DNA from: a bacterium
GTDB taxonomy: Bacteria; UBA8248
Length of the DNA: 64,000 nt
Assembly (NCBI GenBank): GCA_965202625.1
Contig: CBDBBI010000010.1
Span: 1,888,001-1,952,000 of the forward strand
Direction of reading: 5' to 3'
Made by a program: the position numbers and the translations under genes
The notes under the pieces: model-generated
Told to the model about the DNA's origin: nothing
The model's database searches: none
What the model saw: the letters and a program-made list of their open reading frames with translations, nothing else
Shown: positions 29,225-38,777 of the stretch, piece by piece
Layout of the letters: every line of letters begins with the position of its first letter
How positions within the stretch are numbered: position 1 is the stretch's first letter

Positions 29225-30679
29225 ATGACGAACCTGGCAAGAGACCTCTCTTCCCTCATCACGTTGGTGAGCAACGTCATGGAGGCTTACTCCGCCTGCC
29301 TGTTTCTCCAGAACAAAAAGCACAAGAACTACCAGCTCACCGCCTACCACAGCCTGAGCCCGCACATCATCGCCGACGCCTCGGTGGAGGTCGGCCAGGG
29401 CTTCATGGGCTGGGTTCTCGAGAACAACGAGCCGTTAAGCGTGAACCAGTTCGACAGGGACACCATCGTCCTAGGCTATTACAACAGAAACGAGGACATC
29501 AAATCCTTCATGGCGACTCCCTTGCCCTCGTCGGCCAACAGCGGGGCGCTCGCCATCGACAGCAAGAAAAGCTGGTGCTTCACGTCCAAAGACCAGAAAA
29601 TACTCGAGGGGTTCGCCCAGCAATTCGCCTATCTTGCAGACAACGCCCTGGCAGCCGTTCAAATCGAGCACCGCTCCATGAACGTCTCCGCTTTCGGCAA
29701 ATACCTGGCCTCGATTCGCGAAAGCGAAAGCGAAGACCAGTTGCTGAACGCAATATGCCAGACGCCGCACGAGTTGCTTCCCTTCGACGCCTGCTTCCTC
29801 GTTCTCATCGACGAGCAAGCAGGCTCTCCTCGCCTGTCGAAAATATCAGGATTCGGGGAGCTTTTTCCGGGCGAAATCGCCATCAGCGAGCGGGCGAGCG
29901 TGGCGGGATACGTGCTCCGTAAAAAAGAGGCTCTCAGACTCCCCGACCTCAAGAGTCAAAAAGGAACCAAACCCCTGTTCCATCATGACGAGCCGCGCCT
30001 GGCAGCGCGCTCCGCCCTATGCCTCCCCTTGATTTCAGGAGGCGAGATTCTGGGCTGTCTGGGTTTCACGAGCAAGCGGCGCGCGCGATTCGACGCCTAT
30101 TCCCTCAGGCGTGGGAAAATCATCGCGACTCTGGCGGCGGACGCCATCGCGCATCGCCAAAACGAGGCGCGCTGGCGGGCACGCCTGGAAATAGACCCCC
30201 TCACCGGCGAGCGAAACGCGCAACATCTCCTGTCCTGCCTTCATGAAACTATTCAGGACGTGGAAGCCAGGGGGCGTCAACTCGCGCTGCTCAGCATCGC
30301 TCCCGACGATGCGCCGCTATGGAAGGACATGCCCGAGCAAGAGCTCATCCTTCCTCTTTTTCATGCTCTCAAACAATTCGTCAACGGAACCGACGTTCTC
30401 GTTCGCCATGAGGGGCCGTGCTTTCTCTTGTTGTTGAAGGATTCGTCTCAAGAATACGCTGAAACCATCGCGGAGCGCATTATTCATATCGTTCGCAACA
30501 CCCCTTTCCATATTGGCGGAGAAGAAGCCGAAATCACCATTTCGATAGGCGCCGCATGTTTCCCCGAAAACGCGCAAAAACCGAAAGATCTCATCAAATC
30601 ATCTCTTGAGGCATTGGCTTTCGCTCAACGAGGGGGTGCGGCAAATCAACTTTGCTTTATGGAGGGAAATGGACGATGA
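29225..30679 (+). CDS. GAF-GAF-GGDEF protein with degenerate GGDEF
   Basis: Two GAF-like segments, then DPLTG..N and ITISIGAA.FP. The active-site position reads RHEGPCF. Confidence 0.85.
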   Translation: MTNLARDLSSLITLVSNVMEAYSACLFLQNKKHKNYQLTAYHSLSPHIIADASVEVGQGFMGWVLENNEPLSVNQFDRDTIVLGYYNRNEDIKSFMATPLPSSANSGALAIDSKKSWCFTSKDQKILEGFAQQFAYLADNALAAVQIEHRSMNVSAFGKYLASIRESESEDQLLNAICQTPHELLPFDACFLVLIDEQAGSPRLSKISGFGELFPGEIAISERASVAGYVLRKKEALRLPDLKSQKGTKPLFHHDEPRLAARSALCLPLISGGEILGCLGFTSKRRARFDAYSLRRGKIIATLAADAIAHRQNEARWRARLEIDPLTGERNAQHLLSCLHETIQDVEARGRQLALLSIAPDDAPLWKDMPEQELILPLFHALKQFVNGTDVLVRHEGPCFLLLLKDSSQEYAETIAERIIHIVRNTPFHIGGEEAEITISIGAACFPENAQKPKDLIKSSLEALAFAQRGGAANQLCFMEGNGR

Positions 30680-31713
30680 AACTGGATTTCTTGCGCAGAT
30701 TCAGATCCTTGATGGGACCCAACATCGCGATGGACCTGGGAACCGCAAACACGCTGGTTTACACAAAAAGCGCTGGAATCGTCCTTGACGAGCCATCCGT
30801 GGTCGCCCTGAACGCCAGAAACGGGGGAGGCATTCTCGCAGTAGGGAAAAAAGCCAAGCAAATGTATGGCCGAACTCCGGATTCGATTCGGACGATTCGA
30901 CCGATGAAAGACGGGGTAATCGCCGATTTCGACGTGACCAAAGCCATGATACGCTATTTTGTGAAAACGATCGTTCCCAAAAGATCCTTCAGCCGACCCA
31001 CGATGATGGTCTGCGTCCCCTCGGGAATTACCAGCGTTGAAATGAAAGCCGTGATTGACTCCGCCACCCAATGCGGCGCCACGAAGGTGCACCTGATAGA
31101 GGAACCCATGGCGGCGGCCATTGGCAGCAAGCTGCCCATTCATGAAGTGTCCGCCTCCATGATCGTGGACATTGGGGGAGGAACGACCGAGGTGGCCGTC
31201 ATATCCCAATACACCGTCGTGTATTCCGAATCTCTTCGCATGGCGGGAGATGCGATGGACGAATGCATTCAGCGGCATATCAAAAGACGCTGCGGCTTAT
31301 CCCTCGGTACCTTCGACGCCGAGCGCGTGAAAATGGAAATTGGGACAGCAGTCCCGCTCTCCGAGCCGCTTGAAATGGAGGTTTCGGGCGCAGACGTCTC
31401 CACCGGCATTCCCCGCTCCATAAAAATCACGGATGAAGTGGTGCGAGACTCTCTTGACATCCCTGTGAAAGCCATTGTGGAGTCCATCAGAAGGGCGCTT
31501 ACCAAAACAAGTCCCGAACTTGCCTCAGACATTCAGCGGCGCGGAATCGTGCTGGCGGGAGGCGGTTCGCTCCTGAAAGGGCTCGGCTCCAGGCTCCATG
31601 ACGAGATGAGGCTCCCCATTTACAGAGTGAAAGACCCTCTTACCGCCGTCGTTCGAGGAACCGGCTATGTGCTGGACCACCTGAAAGATTACAAGCAGGT
31701 GTGCCTCAACTGA
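30676..31713 (+). CDS. mreB: Rod shape-determining protein MreB (probable paralogue)
   Basis: DLGTANT, EPSVVA, RPMKDGVIADF, EEPMAAAIG, DIGGGTTEVA and LAGGGSLL. ATGA overlap with the upstream gene. Confidence 0.93.
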   Translation: MKLDFLRRFRSLMGPNIAMDLGTANTLVYTKSAGIVLDEPSVVALNARNGGGILAVGKKAKQMYGRTPDSIRTIRPMKDGVIADFDVTKAMIRYFVKTIVPKRSFSRPTMMVCVPSGITSVEMKAVIDSATQCGATKVHLIEEPMAAAIGSKLPIHEVSASMIVDIGGGTTEVAVISQYTVVYSESLRMAGDAMDECIQRHIKRRCGLSLGTFDAERVKMEIGTAVPLSEPLEMEVSGADVSTGIPRSIKITDEVVRDSLDIPVKAIVESIRRALTKTSPELASDIQRRGIVLAGGGSLLKGLGSRLHDEMRLPIYRVKDPLTAVVRGTGYVLDHLKDYKQVCLN

Positions 31714-31892
31714 TTTCCTCCAGCTCGATCCCCCTGGCCGGGGGCCGGCCCCCATGCGCATTACCGGACCCCCGGCCCCTTCCCTCGCAACGATGGCCGC
31801 AGAGAGATTTCACACGCGGCAACAATCCGCTACAATGACGAGAATCTGAACTCCGCAACCTCCATATCTTTTACTCAAGCAGGAAAACTAAG

Positions 31893-32165
31893 ATGGCTTT
31901 CGCGCAACGGGGAGATTCGTGTTCATTCGAAGCATCTATAGAAGACATGAAGCTGATATACCGGATTTTACACCGGCATATGGGAGAGCATCTTGCGCTG
32001 ATGGATAGTGCGTTTATGGACGAGCTGCAAGTTGCGCTCCAACAAAAAGCCCAAAAAGAAGGCGTGGACGTCGGCCATCACGGCGCATGGGACCTCTGGC
32101 TAGGCAATGACGCCGCAACGCCGTGTGAGGAGCGCGTAAAAAAACGAAAAATTTTGGATGATTAG
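31893..32165 (+). CDS. Small hypothetical helical protein (90 aa)
   Basis: AGGA RBS, upstream TACAAT -10-like element, protein-like composition. Confidence 0.7.
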   Translation: MAFAQRGDSCSFEASIEDMKLIYRILHRHMGEHLALMDSAFMDELQVALQQKAQKEGVDVGHHGAWDLWLGNDAATPCEERVKKRKILDD

Positions 32166-32169
32166 GCAC

Positions 32170-32310
32170 CTCCGCTGAGATCGCGATTCCAACGCCTCGC
32201 GCAAAGCCCCCATCACGACGTCGGCGGGGATATCGGCTCCCGTCCATGTTTTCCAAGCGGCCGCGCCTTGGCATACCAACCAGCCCGTCGCGCCGCTTTA
32301 CGCTCAAGAA
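32170..32310 (-). pseudogene. 3' remnant of a shikimate dehydrogenase (AroE-like) gene
   Basis: DGL / frameshift / LVCQGAAAWKTWTGADIPADVVMGALREAL resembles the AroE C-terminal DGL.ML..Q....F..WTG motif. Confidence 0.65.
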
Positions 32311-32354
32311 ACAGCATCGAAAACAGCCATTGCCCGCATATTTTGAAGTGAAAT

Positions 32355-33272
32355 TCAAGCAGATTGAGGCGCTTCGGTCTGGATGGCGCGTAGAAGGTGA
32401 GCATCCAAATACCACTTCATCGCTTTTATATTTGAATCATCACCCAAAACCGTGACGGCGCCATGCTTTATCCATTCGTTTCTCCTCGTGCGCCACGTCC
32501 AAATGAGCACGCCCCGATGGCCATTGAACCAAAGGGGGCTGAACGTCAACTTCTCTCCCATCTGACCAAGCAGCTCTGCGCAAGCGACGGCGACAAAATC
32601 ATCTCCCTTCCTTTGCTCGTCACGGACCATAAGTTCCACGTCAGGCGACATCGATCCTTGCAATAATATCTTATCGCGAAATTGAAGCGCCTCGACGAAC
32701 CGCTCAAATACTCGGGCGGTTTTTTCTTGATCCTTGACGGGTGCAAAAAGAGCCTTGCTTCCCCAGCGCTTTCTAATTTGCGCTCGTTTTTTATCCGCAT
32801 TGTCAGCAATTCTGAAAACTTCCTGAATTTTTATTCCCAACGCAGACGCCGCTATCCGGTCCCCATCGTCCGCCCCGTTCCGAAGCACGACAACGGCGCG
32901 CTGCTCAGGCGTCATGTATTGCAGAGGGAACAAAAACCCAAGCGCAACGCTTGGCCAAGCGGCATTTGCGTCTATCGGTTTAGACTCCCCATTCACGCTT
33001 GGCCCCGAGGTTTGCATCAAATCGGGAAGGTCGAATTCATTCAATTCCAAAGGCTTTCTCTCTCGCAAGCGAGAGAGTGCCGCTTCCGTACACGCCACAT
33101 AAAGCCACTCTGGATGATTTTCGACATTCTCAAGGGCTGGGCCCATTTCAATGGCCCGCAGCATCGTATCTTGCGCGACGTCCTCCGCATCCAAAACGCT
33201 GTCCGTAAGCCGGTAAGCGTGCTGTCGCATCAACCCCCAATATTCCTGGGTGTATTTTTTCAGATCAATCAT
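32355..33272 (-). CDS. Divergent ECF sigma-70 factor with C-terminal SnoaL-like extension
   Basis: AYRLT.S..DAEDVAQD, WL, L..MTPEQRAVVVLR; C-terminal domain like ECF41/56. Confidence 0.75.
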   Translation of the reverse strand: MIDLKKYTQEYWGLMRQHAYRLTDSVLDAEDVAQDTMLRAIEMGPALENVENHPEWLYVACTEAALSRLRERKPLELNEFDLPDLMQTSGPSVNGESKPIDANAAWPSVALGFLFPLQYMTPEQRAVVVLRNGADDGDRIAASALGIKIQEVFRIADNADKKRAQIRKRWGSKALFAPVKDQEKTARVFERFVEALQFRDKILLQGSMSPDVELMVRDEQRKGDDFVAVACAELLGQMGEKLTFSPLWFNGHRGVLIWTWRTRRNEWIKHGAVTVLGDDSNIKAMKWYLDAHLLRAIQTEAPQSA

Positions 33273-33281
33273 TCCAAAAAC

Positions 33282-33944
33282 TCAAACCGCAGCGAACATC
33301 TCGCGCAAATTCGAAGCCACCTGCAAAGGCGCCCCCGTTTTTTTCCGCACCTCGTCCTCACTCACTCCAGGGGCGAGCTCTCGAAGCAAGAGCCCCTCCC
33401 TTTCTACCGTGATAAACGCCAAATCGGTGACGATGACATCCACCACGCCCTTTCCGGTGAAAGGTAAAGTGCACGCCTCCACGATTTTGGGGGACCCTTG
33501 CCTCGAAACGTGCTCCATGGTGAGGATAACTTTCTTCGCCCCTACGACAAGATCCATCGCGCCCCCCATTCCGCTTATCATCTTTCCGGGTATCGCCCAG
33601 TTCGCCAAATCGCCGTTTCCAGCGACTTGCATCGCGCCCAAAATGGTGACGTCGACATGCCCGCCCCTGACCATGGAGAACGACGTGGCGCTATCAAAAT
33701 ATGAACCGCCTGGCAAAAGCGTTACGGTCTCCTTGCTCGCATTCAGCAAATCAGGATCCTCATCTCCCTCATAGGGAAACGGTCCTACGCCCAACACGCC
33801 GTTCTCCGAATGGATGGTGACTCCATGCTCCCCAGATATGTAATTGCTCACCAACGTGGGAATGCCCAGCCCAAGGTTGACATAACTACCTCGCGGCACC
33901 TCCAGGGCCGCGCGCCTGGCGATATCGTTTCTATCAAGAGGCAC
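33282..33944 (-). CDS. 3-oxoacid CoA-transferase subunit B
   Basis: [13 protein letters not shown] (catalytic Glu), RGGHVD, GDLANW and GMGGAMDL. Confidence 0.95.
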   Translation of the reverse strand: MPLDRNDIARRAALEVPRGSYVNLGLGIPTLVSNYISGEHGVTIHSENGVLGVGPFPYEGDEDPDLLNASKETVTLLPGGSYFDSATSFSMVRGGHVDVTILGAMQVAGNGDLANWAIPGKMISGMGGAMDLVVGAKKVILTMEHVSRQGSPKIVEACTLPFTGKGVVDVIVTDLAFITVEREGLLLRELAPGVSEDEVRKKTGAPLQVASNLREMFAAV

Positions 33945-34674
33945 GTTCGTTCTCCCCGCGGCCGCTTCGAGACCGATTCGTTATAATTTCCATAGGTTTC
34001 TCGGCGTCCTCGCCCAAGACCACGCGCTGCACAAAAATTCCTGGCGTATGCACGTTTTCTGGCGCGATCTCGCCGACGGCAACAATTTCTTCCACTTCGG
34101 CGATGGTCACTCTGGCGGCAGTGGCCATGATGGGATTAAAATTTCGCGCGCTCATCCTGTATGTCAGATTGCCGCGCTCGTCTCCCTTCCAGGCCTTGAT
34201 GAGGGCGTAATCCGCGCGGATAGGTTCCTCAAAAATATGTTCTCGCCCATCGATCATTCGCGTCTCTTTCCCTTCGGCTACGACTGTGCCTGCTCCCGTT
34301 GGCGTAAAAAAACCGCCAATGCCAGCTCCGCCCGCTCGAATCCGTTCGGCGAATGTGCCTTGAGGCGATAGCTCAACTTCAATTTCGCCGCTCAACGCCT
34401 GTTCTTCATACGCCCTGCAAGCCGGGCCCACGCGACTGGCGACGATGGACCGCACTTGTCGATTTTCAAACATCGCGCCCGCTCCCCAACCGTCCATTCC
34501 GCCCGCGTTTGACACCAAGTGGAAATCCCCAACACCTTCTCGCTCGCTCAACGCCTTGCATAAATTATGCGCCATCCCGCATATGCCAAATCCGCCGATA
34601 AGAATCGACGCGCCTTCGGGAATATCAGAAACAGCGTCTTTGGAATTCGAGACAATTTTGGACAAATCAACCAC
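33934..34674 (-). CDS. 3-oxoacid CoA-transferase subunit A
   Basis: [35 protein letters not shown] and HTPGIFV. Confidence 0.95.
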   Translation of the reverse strand: MVDLSKIVSNSKDAVSDIPEGASILIGGFGICGMAHNLCKALSEREGVGDFHLVSNAGGMDGWGAGAMFENRQVRSIVASRVGPACRAYEEQALSGEIEVELSPQGTFAERIRAGGAGIGGFFTPTGAGTVVAEGKETRMIDGREHIFEEPIRADYALIKAWKGDERGNLTYRMSARNFNPIMATAARVTIAEVEEIVAVGEIAPENVHTPGIFVQRVVLGEDAEKPMEIITNRSRSGRGENERAS

Positions 34675-34751
34675 CCCGATGAAAAATTTTCATTGTTCCT
34701 GTTCGACGTGAGCACGCGCTTGCTCACCCAATCATGGCGATGCAATCTCGA

Positions 34752-36962
34752 TCAGCTTTCCATCACTCGCCCCACCAATGCTTTCACCGGCGAATAATGC
34801 TTATACACGATTACGGTTTTATTCGTGTGTTTCGCAACGTTCTCAGGAATGGAGCCAAAAAGAATCTGCTTGTAAAAGCTCTCTCCAGCAGCGCCCATGG
34901 CAATGGCGTCATATTCTTCGGCCGCCCGAATGATCCCGACAGAAACCGATTTGCGCGTGATGATTTTGCTCTCCACATGCGCGCTGCTCTCATCGTTAAT
35001 TCGGCCCACCGCCTCGCTAAGCTCTTGTTCAACGGAATGCTTGTGCGCATCTCCGTCTGCCGGAGAAACAACTGTCGACACAACGATCTTGGCGTTGTAA
35101 GCCTTCGCTATCAGAGCGGTGTATCGTTCCGCCAAGCGCGCATGTACGCCCCCGGTTGTCGGTAAAAGAATATTGTTAAATTTCATCTCACCCACAAGTT
35201 TCACCAGCATGATATCCGCCCGGGCGAGTTTGACGACATCGTCCACTATCTCACCCAAAATCTTGTTGCCGGTAGAGGTATAGCCCTTCCAGCCAAGAGC
35301 GATCAGATCACAGTCGCGCTCTCTCGCCGTTTCAAGGATGGCGCGCGCCGGATTGCGGCCGATAGTTACGAGAGAGCTGCTTTTGACACCGTTCTCCTTC
35401 GCGCGGGCATGGGCTTGCTCCAAAATTTTCCTTTCGCGCTCAACGTATGCAGTTTCTTGGCTCATCGGCGCCTGCTCAGGCAAGGACACAACGCGCATGG
35501 TGATTATTTCGCCATCATTTTCTTTGGCGATCGCCGACGCCAGATCTATCAGGGGGGCCACGTTCGTTGGGTTTGCGAGAGGAACCAACACGCGGAAATC
35601 ACTCTCCTCGCCCTCCATACTCACCCGCGCTACGCGGGATGGCTCGCCCGGCAAAAACTCCTCTTCAGCCTGAGCGCCTTTCCATGCCAGAAAGCCGAGC
35701 ATCCCCAAGATCAACCACAGGACGGCCATCACAACCGGCTCTGGGTGCTGGAGTATCAGAGAAAGCAAATATACGTTTGCGCCAATCCCCAAAAACGGCA
35801 ACAACGGAACCAGCGGAACACGAAAAGGCCGCATCAGGCGGGGAAACTTCTTTCGGTGATATATGAGCGCCGCGTTCACCAACATCAACGCCAACAAAAG
35901 AATGGTGTCCGCGAAATGCGCCAGATTTTCCAGGTGAAAACTTTGCGCCAAAACAACGATGGTTCCTCCCATCAGAACAAGCGAGACAATGGGAGTGCGC
36001 GTCTGCGGGTTGATAGCGGCGATGCCCGATGGCAAGTGACCCAACTGCGCCATGGAAAGCACAACGCGCGAGCCCGCCAAAATGGATGCGTTAGACGCGG
36101 AGATCATCGAAAAAAGCGCGCCTATGATAATCACCATACCGCCAATGGGGCCCAGGAAAAGACGCGCCGCATTGCCCATGGCCGCTTCAGTATATTCCGT
36201 GAGATTCGCAGCGACGATGACAAAGACCACCAAAGTGTATAGAACCGTCACGATCGCCATGGAAAGAAATATCGCGCGAGGAATCGTCTTGATTGGACTG
36301 GTGACTTCTCCAGCCGACGCCGCAATCGCCGAGAAACCAAAAAAAGTAACAAAAACCAAACCCGCCGTCGCTCCAATTTTTGGAATGTCCGTGCTCATCC
36401 TCTCCACCAGGACTTTTACGTCCACACTCCCCAATCCGCCGTAAACGAACCAGAACAAAAGAATGACCTTTCCCAAGGTGACGAGGACCTGAAAGCGGGC
36501 CGATTCTTTCGTTCCCTTGATGTTCAACAAAACGAGACATATGAGCCCTACGATTCCAGACATTTGCTCATAAGGAGAATGCCAAACGAATTCGTTGAAA
36601 TACGAGGAGAGACTGCTGATATAAAAGGCGCACGAGGAGGCGTAGCCAAGCACCAGAGTCCAGCCCACAAGATAGGCGAGCGGCGGAGAAAACGTTTTCC
36701 TTGCATAGAGATATCCTTCTCCGGATTCCGGATACAAAGAGGAGAATTCACAATAGGTGAGCGCCGTGAATGCGGCGATAAGCGCAGCCAGAAGAAAAGC
36801 GATGATGGCGGATGAGCCCACGTTCCTGACGGCTAGGCCAGACAGCGTAAAAATACCTGCCGCTATCATCGTGCCGACGCCGATAGAGAGCGCAGACGCG
36901 AGCCCTAAATCTCGGCGGAGTTCGGTCTCTATGTGGAGCTTGTTGCCGTTGGGTTTGCTCAT
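34752..36962 (-). CDS. APC-family amino acid permease fused to two USP domains
   Basis: GTMIAAGIF, ~12 TMs, RPFRVPLVP; then VLVPLANP and ILFGSIPE USP motifs. ATGA overlap at 36959-36962. Confidence 0.92.
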   Translation of the reverse strand: MSKPNGNKLHIETELRRDLGLASALSIGVGTMIAAGIFTLSGLAVRNVGSSAIIAFLLAALIAAFTALTYCEFSSLYPESGEGYLYARKTFSPPLAYLVGWTLVLGYASSCAFYISSLSSYFNEFVWHSPYEQMSGIVGLICLVLLNIKGTKESARFQVLVTLGKVILLFWFVYGGLGSVDVKVLVERMSTDIPKIGATAGLVFVTFFGFSAIAASAGEVTSPIKTIPRAIFLSMAIVTVLYTLVVFVIVAANLTEYTEAAMGNAARLFLGPIGGMVIIIGALFSMISASNASILAGSRVVLSMAQLGHLPSGIAAINPQTRTPIVSLVLMGGTIVVLAQSFHLENLAHFADTILLLALMLVNAALIYHRKKFPRLMRPFRVPLVPLLPFLGIGANVYLLSLILQHPEPVVMAVLWLILGMLGFLAWKGAQAEEEFLPGEPSRVARVSMEGEESDFRVLVPLANPTNVAPLIDLASAIAKENDGEIITMRVVSLPEQAPMSQETAYVERERKILEQAHARAKENGVKSSSLVTIGRNPARAILETARERDCDLIALGWKGYTSTGNKILGEIVDDVVKLARADIMLVKLVGEMKFNNILLPTTGGVHARLAERYTALIAKAYNAKIVVSTVVSPADGDAHKHSVEQELSEAVGRINDESSAHVESKIITRKSVSVGIIRAAEEYDAIAMGAAGESFYKQILFGSIPENVAKHTNKTVIVYKHYSPVKALVGRVMES

Positions 36963-37822
36963 TTCAAATCTGCCAGAAATTTCTTCAGTTCTCGCCACAC
37001 GAGGGATGGCTGAGAAACGCTCGGAAAATGACCAGATTTCGCGCATACGACCACACGCGACTTGATGGGCAGAGCTTTCATGAGCGATTTTTCCGACTCC
37101 GCGCTGAATCGCCTGCTTTCTCCTCCACGAAACACGAGAGAGGGACATTGTGTTCTCTTTGCCCAGGAAATGGGGTCGTAATCGCTCTTTGAAGTCGCCT
37201 GAAATTCCCGTAGCCGCAGAAATCTACTTTTCTCATAAGGAACCTTGCAAACGCCGTTTGCACCATCACATACCAAAATATCCGACAAGAACCGCTTCGT
37301 CTCAGCAGGCGGCCAATGCCCCTCTTCATGCGTCGTGATGAATTTCTGGGCCTGCGTCAAGCTCTTGAATTCCACCGGTCGATTGCGAGCCGCCGCCAGG
37401 TCGGCGCCGGCGTCCGATCCGCCACCCATCGCTGGGTCCATCAACACGGTTGCGGCAACGCGATCCGGGCGATTCGCGGCGACAGCCAGAGCGATGGCAC
37501 CGGCAAAGGAATGGCCCATGACCACGAAGCGATCGAGCAAAAGCGAATCGGCGAGGCCGATGACGTCTCTTGCGAAATCCGCGGCGGCGTCCCCACCGCC
37601 CGGGTCTTCCGTTCTCCCATATCCTCTTTGATCCGGACATACCATGCGTATCGCGCCCGCGCCCTCCGCCGTGGCGTTCCACATGCTGCCCCGACTCAAC
37701 GATCCATGCAGCGCGATGACGGGTAAAAACGAATTTCTCCTTGCCGGCCTCCACTCCCGGAACGACATTCGAAAATTCGACACCGTCTCAAAACCCGCAT
37801 ACCAACCGCCTTCGCCGTTCAT
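36959..37822 (-). CDS. Alpha/beta-fold hydrolase
   Basis: LHG, DQRGYG, GHSFAG nucleophile elbow and C-terminal GH. Confidence 0.9.
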   Translation of the reverse strand: MNGEGGWYAGFETVSNFRMSFREWRPARRNSFLPVIALHGSLSRGSMWNATAEGAGAIRMVCPDQRGYGRTEDPGGGDAAADFARDVIGLADSLLLDRFVVMGHSFAGAIALAVAANRPDRVAATVLMDPAMGGGSDAGADLAAARNRPVEFKSLTQAQKFITTHEEGHWPPAETKRFLSDILVCDGANGVCKVPYEKSRFLRLREFQATSKSDYDPISWAKRTQCPSLVFRGGESRRFSAESEKSLMKALPIKSRVVVCAKSGHFPSVSQPSLVWRELKKFLADLK

Positions 37823-37969
37823 ACGAACCTCTCTGGAAAATGAAATTTATGCGGAGGGAATTTCACCTGCTCAAGAAAACGATTGCCCATTCCCTTGCCG
37901 TAAGGATAAACCAACGAGCGAAAATTCGCTCACGTAAGCGAGGGGAGCGTTCGCCGAGACGCGAAGTCG

Positions 37970-38566
37970 CTAGGAAGAGTCGCTCGTGTAGGAAACGGCT
38001 ACCCGGCGCGCGTAAAAGCGACTTTTCTCATCGTCCACGGGTTCAAAGAAATGACACGTCTCCAGGTCGCGCGGGTAGATGTGGATGGAAACCGCCACTT
38101 CATCACGCCGATTGCACACCGCGTGGATGTCCGCGCAGCCGCAAACCGCGTTCGGTGCACCGGCCAAAGGCGCGTGGGGGGCGTCTCTCCTCAGCGTGAC
38201 CTCCCCCTCGGCGATCTCCGCATCCGCAAAATAATTCACCACTTCCAGGCCGCCCCGCACCATGCCGAGCAGCCCCCACGACCCGTTGTGATCGTGAATC
38301 GGGGTGCCTTGCCCAGGTTTCCAGACCATGGCCGCAACCACGAAGCGCTCCTTGGGGTCCCGATAGAGAAGATAACGCGCGTAGCTCTCCTCAGAGGGGC
38401 GCATCGCCTCCAGAGGGAGGAAAGAAACCGCGCCCAGCAAGCGTTCCAAAGGCGCCGCCGCCGCGCGAATGAAGTCGCGCTCACGCGCGCCCGTCTCGTG
38501 GACGCCCGCCAAATCCTCCGCCAAGCGCACGATAGGGGAGGTAGGCTCAATGGCTGTTTCCATCAT
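37970..38566 (-). CDS. Cysteine/thiol dioxygenase family protein
   Basis: YARYLLY, W.PGQGTPIHDH, DIH and SIHIY: three-His facial triad. Confidence 0.9.
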   Translation of the reverse strand: MMETAIEPTSPIVRLAEDLAGVHETGARERDFIRAAAAPLERLLGAVSFLPLEAMRPSEESYARYLLYRDPKERFVVAAMVWKPGQGTPIHDHNGSWGLLGMVRGGLEVVNYFADAEIAEGEVTLRRDAPHAPLAGAPNAVCGCADIHAVCNRRDEVAVSIHIYPRDLETCHFFEPVDDEKSRFYARRVAVSYTSDSS

Positions 38567-38777
38567 GATCTCCTCGGCGAAATGAACAAAAACCTTATTC
38601 TATCCATAGTTGGAGAACCACCTGGGCCACCGTTGCGCAGAGAAAGAGAGCGTTCTTCCCTCGCTTGGGCGCGCCGGTTTTCTCTTCAGAACCTCCCATA
38701 GCCATTATCGGGACTTTCGCATTTTTTCGCACACTTCCACATATGAGAATTTTCATTGAACGGAATCGCCCGCCTCA

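Noticed and set aside
38595-38756. Small minus-strand ORF starting MKILICGSVRK, like a flavodoxin/FMN-reductase N-terminus
   Set aside because: Similarity is limited to ~10 residues and the region more likely holds the dioxygenase promoter.
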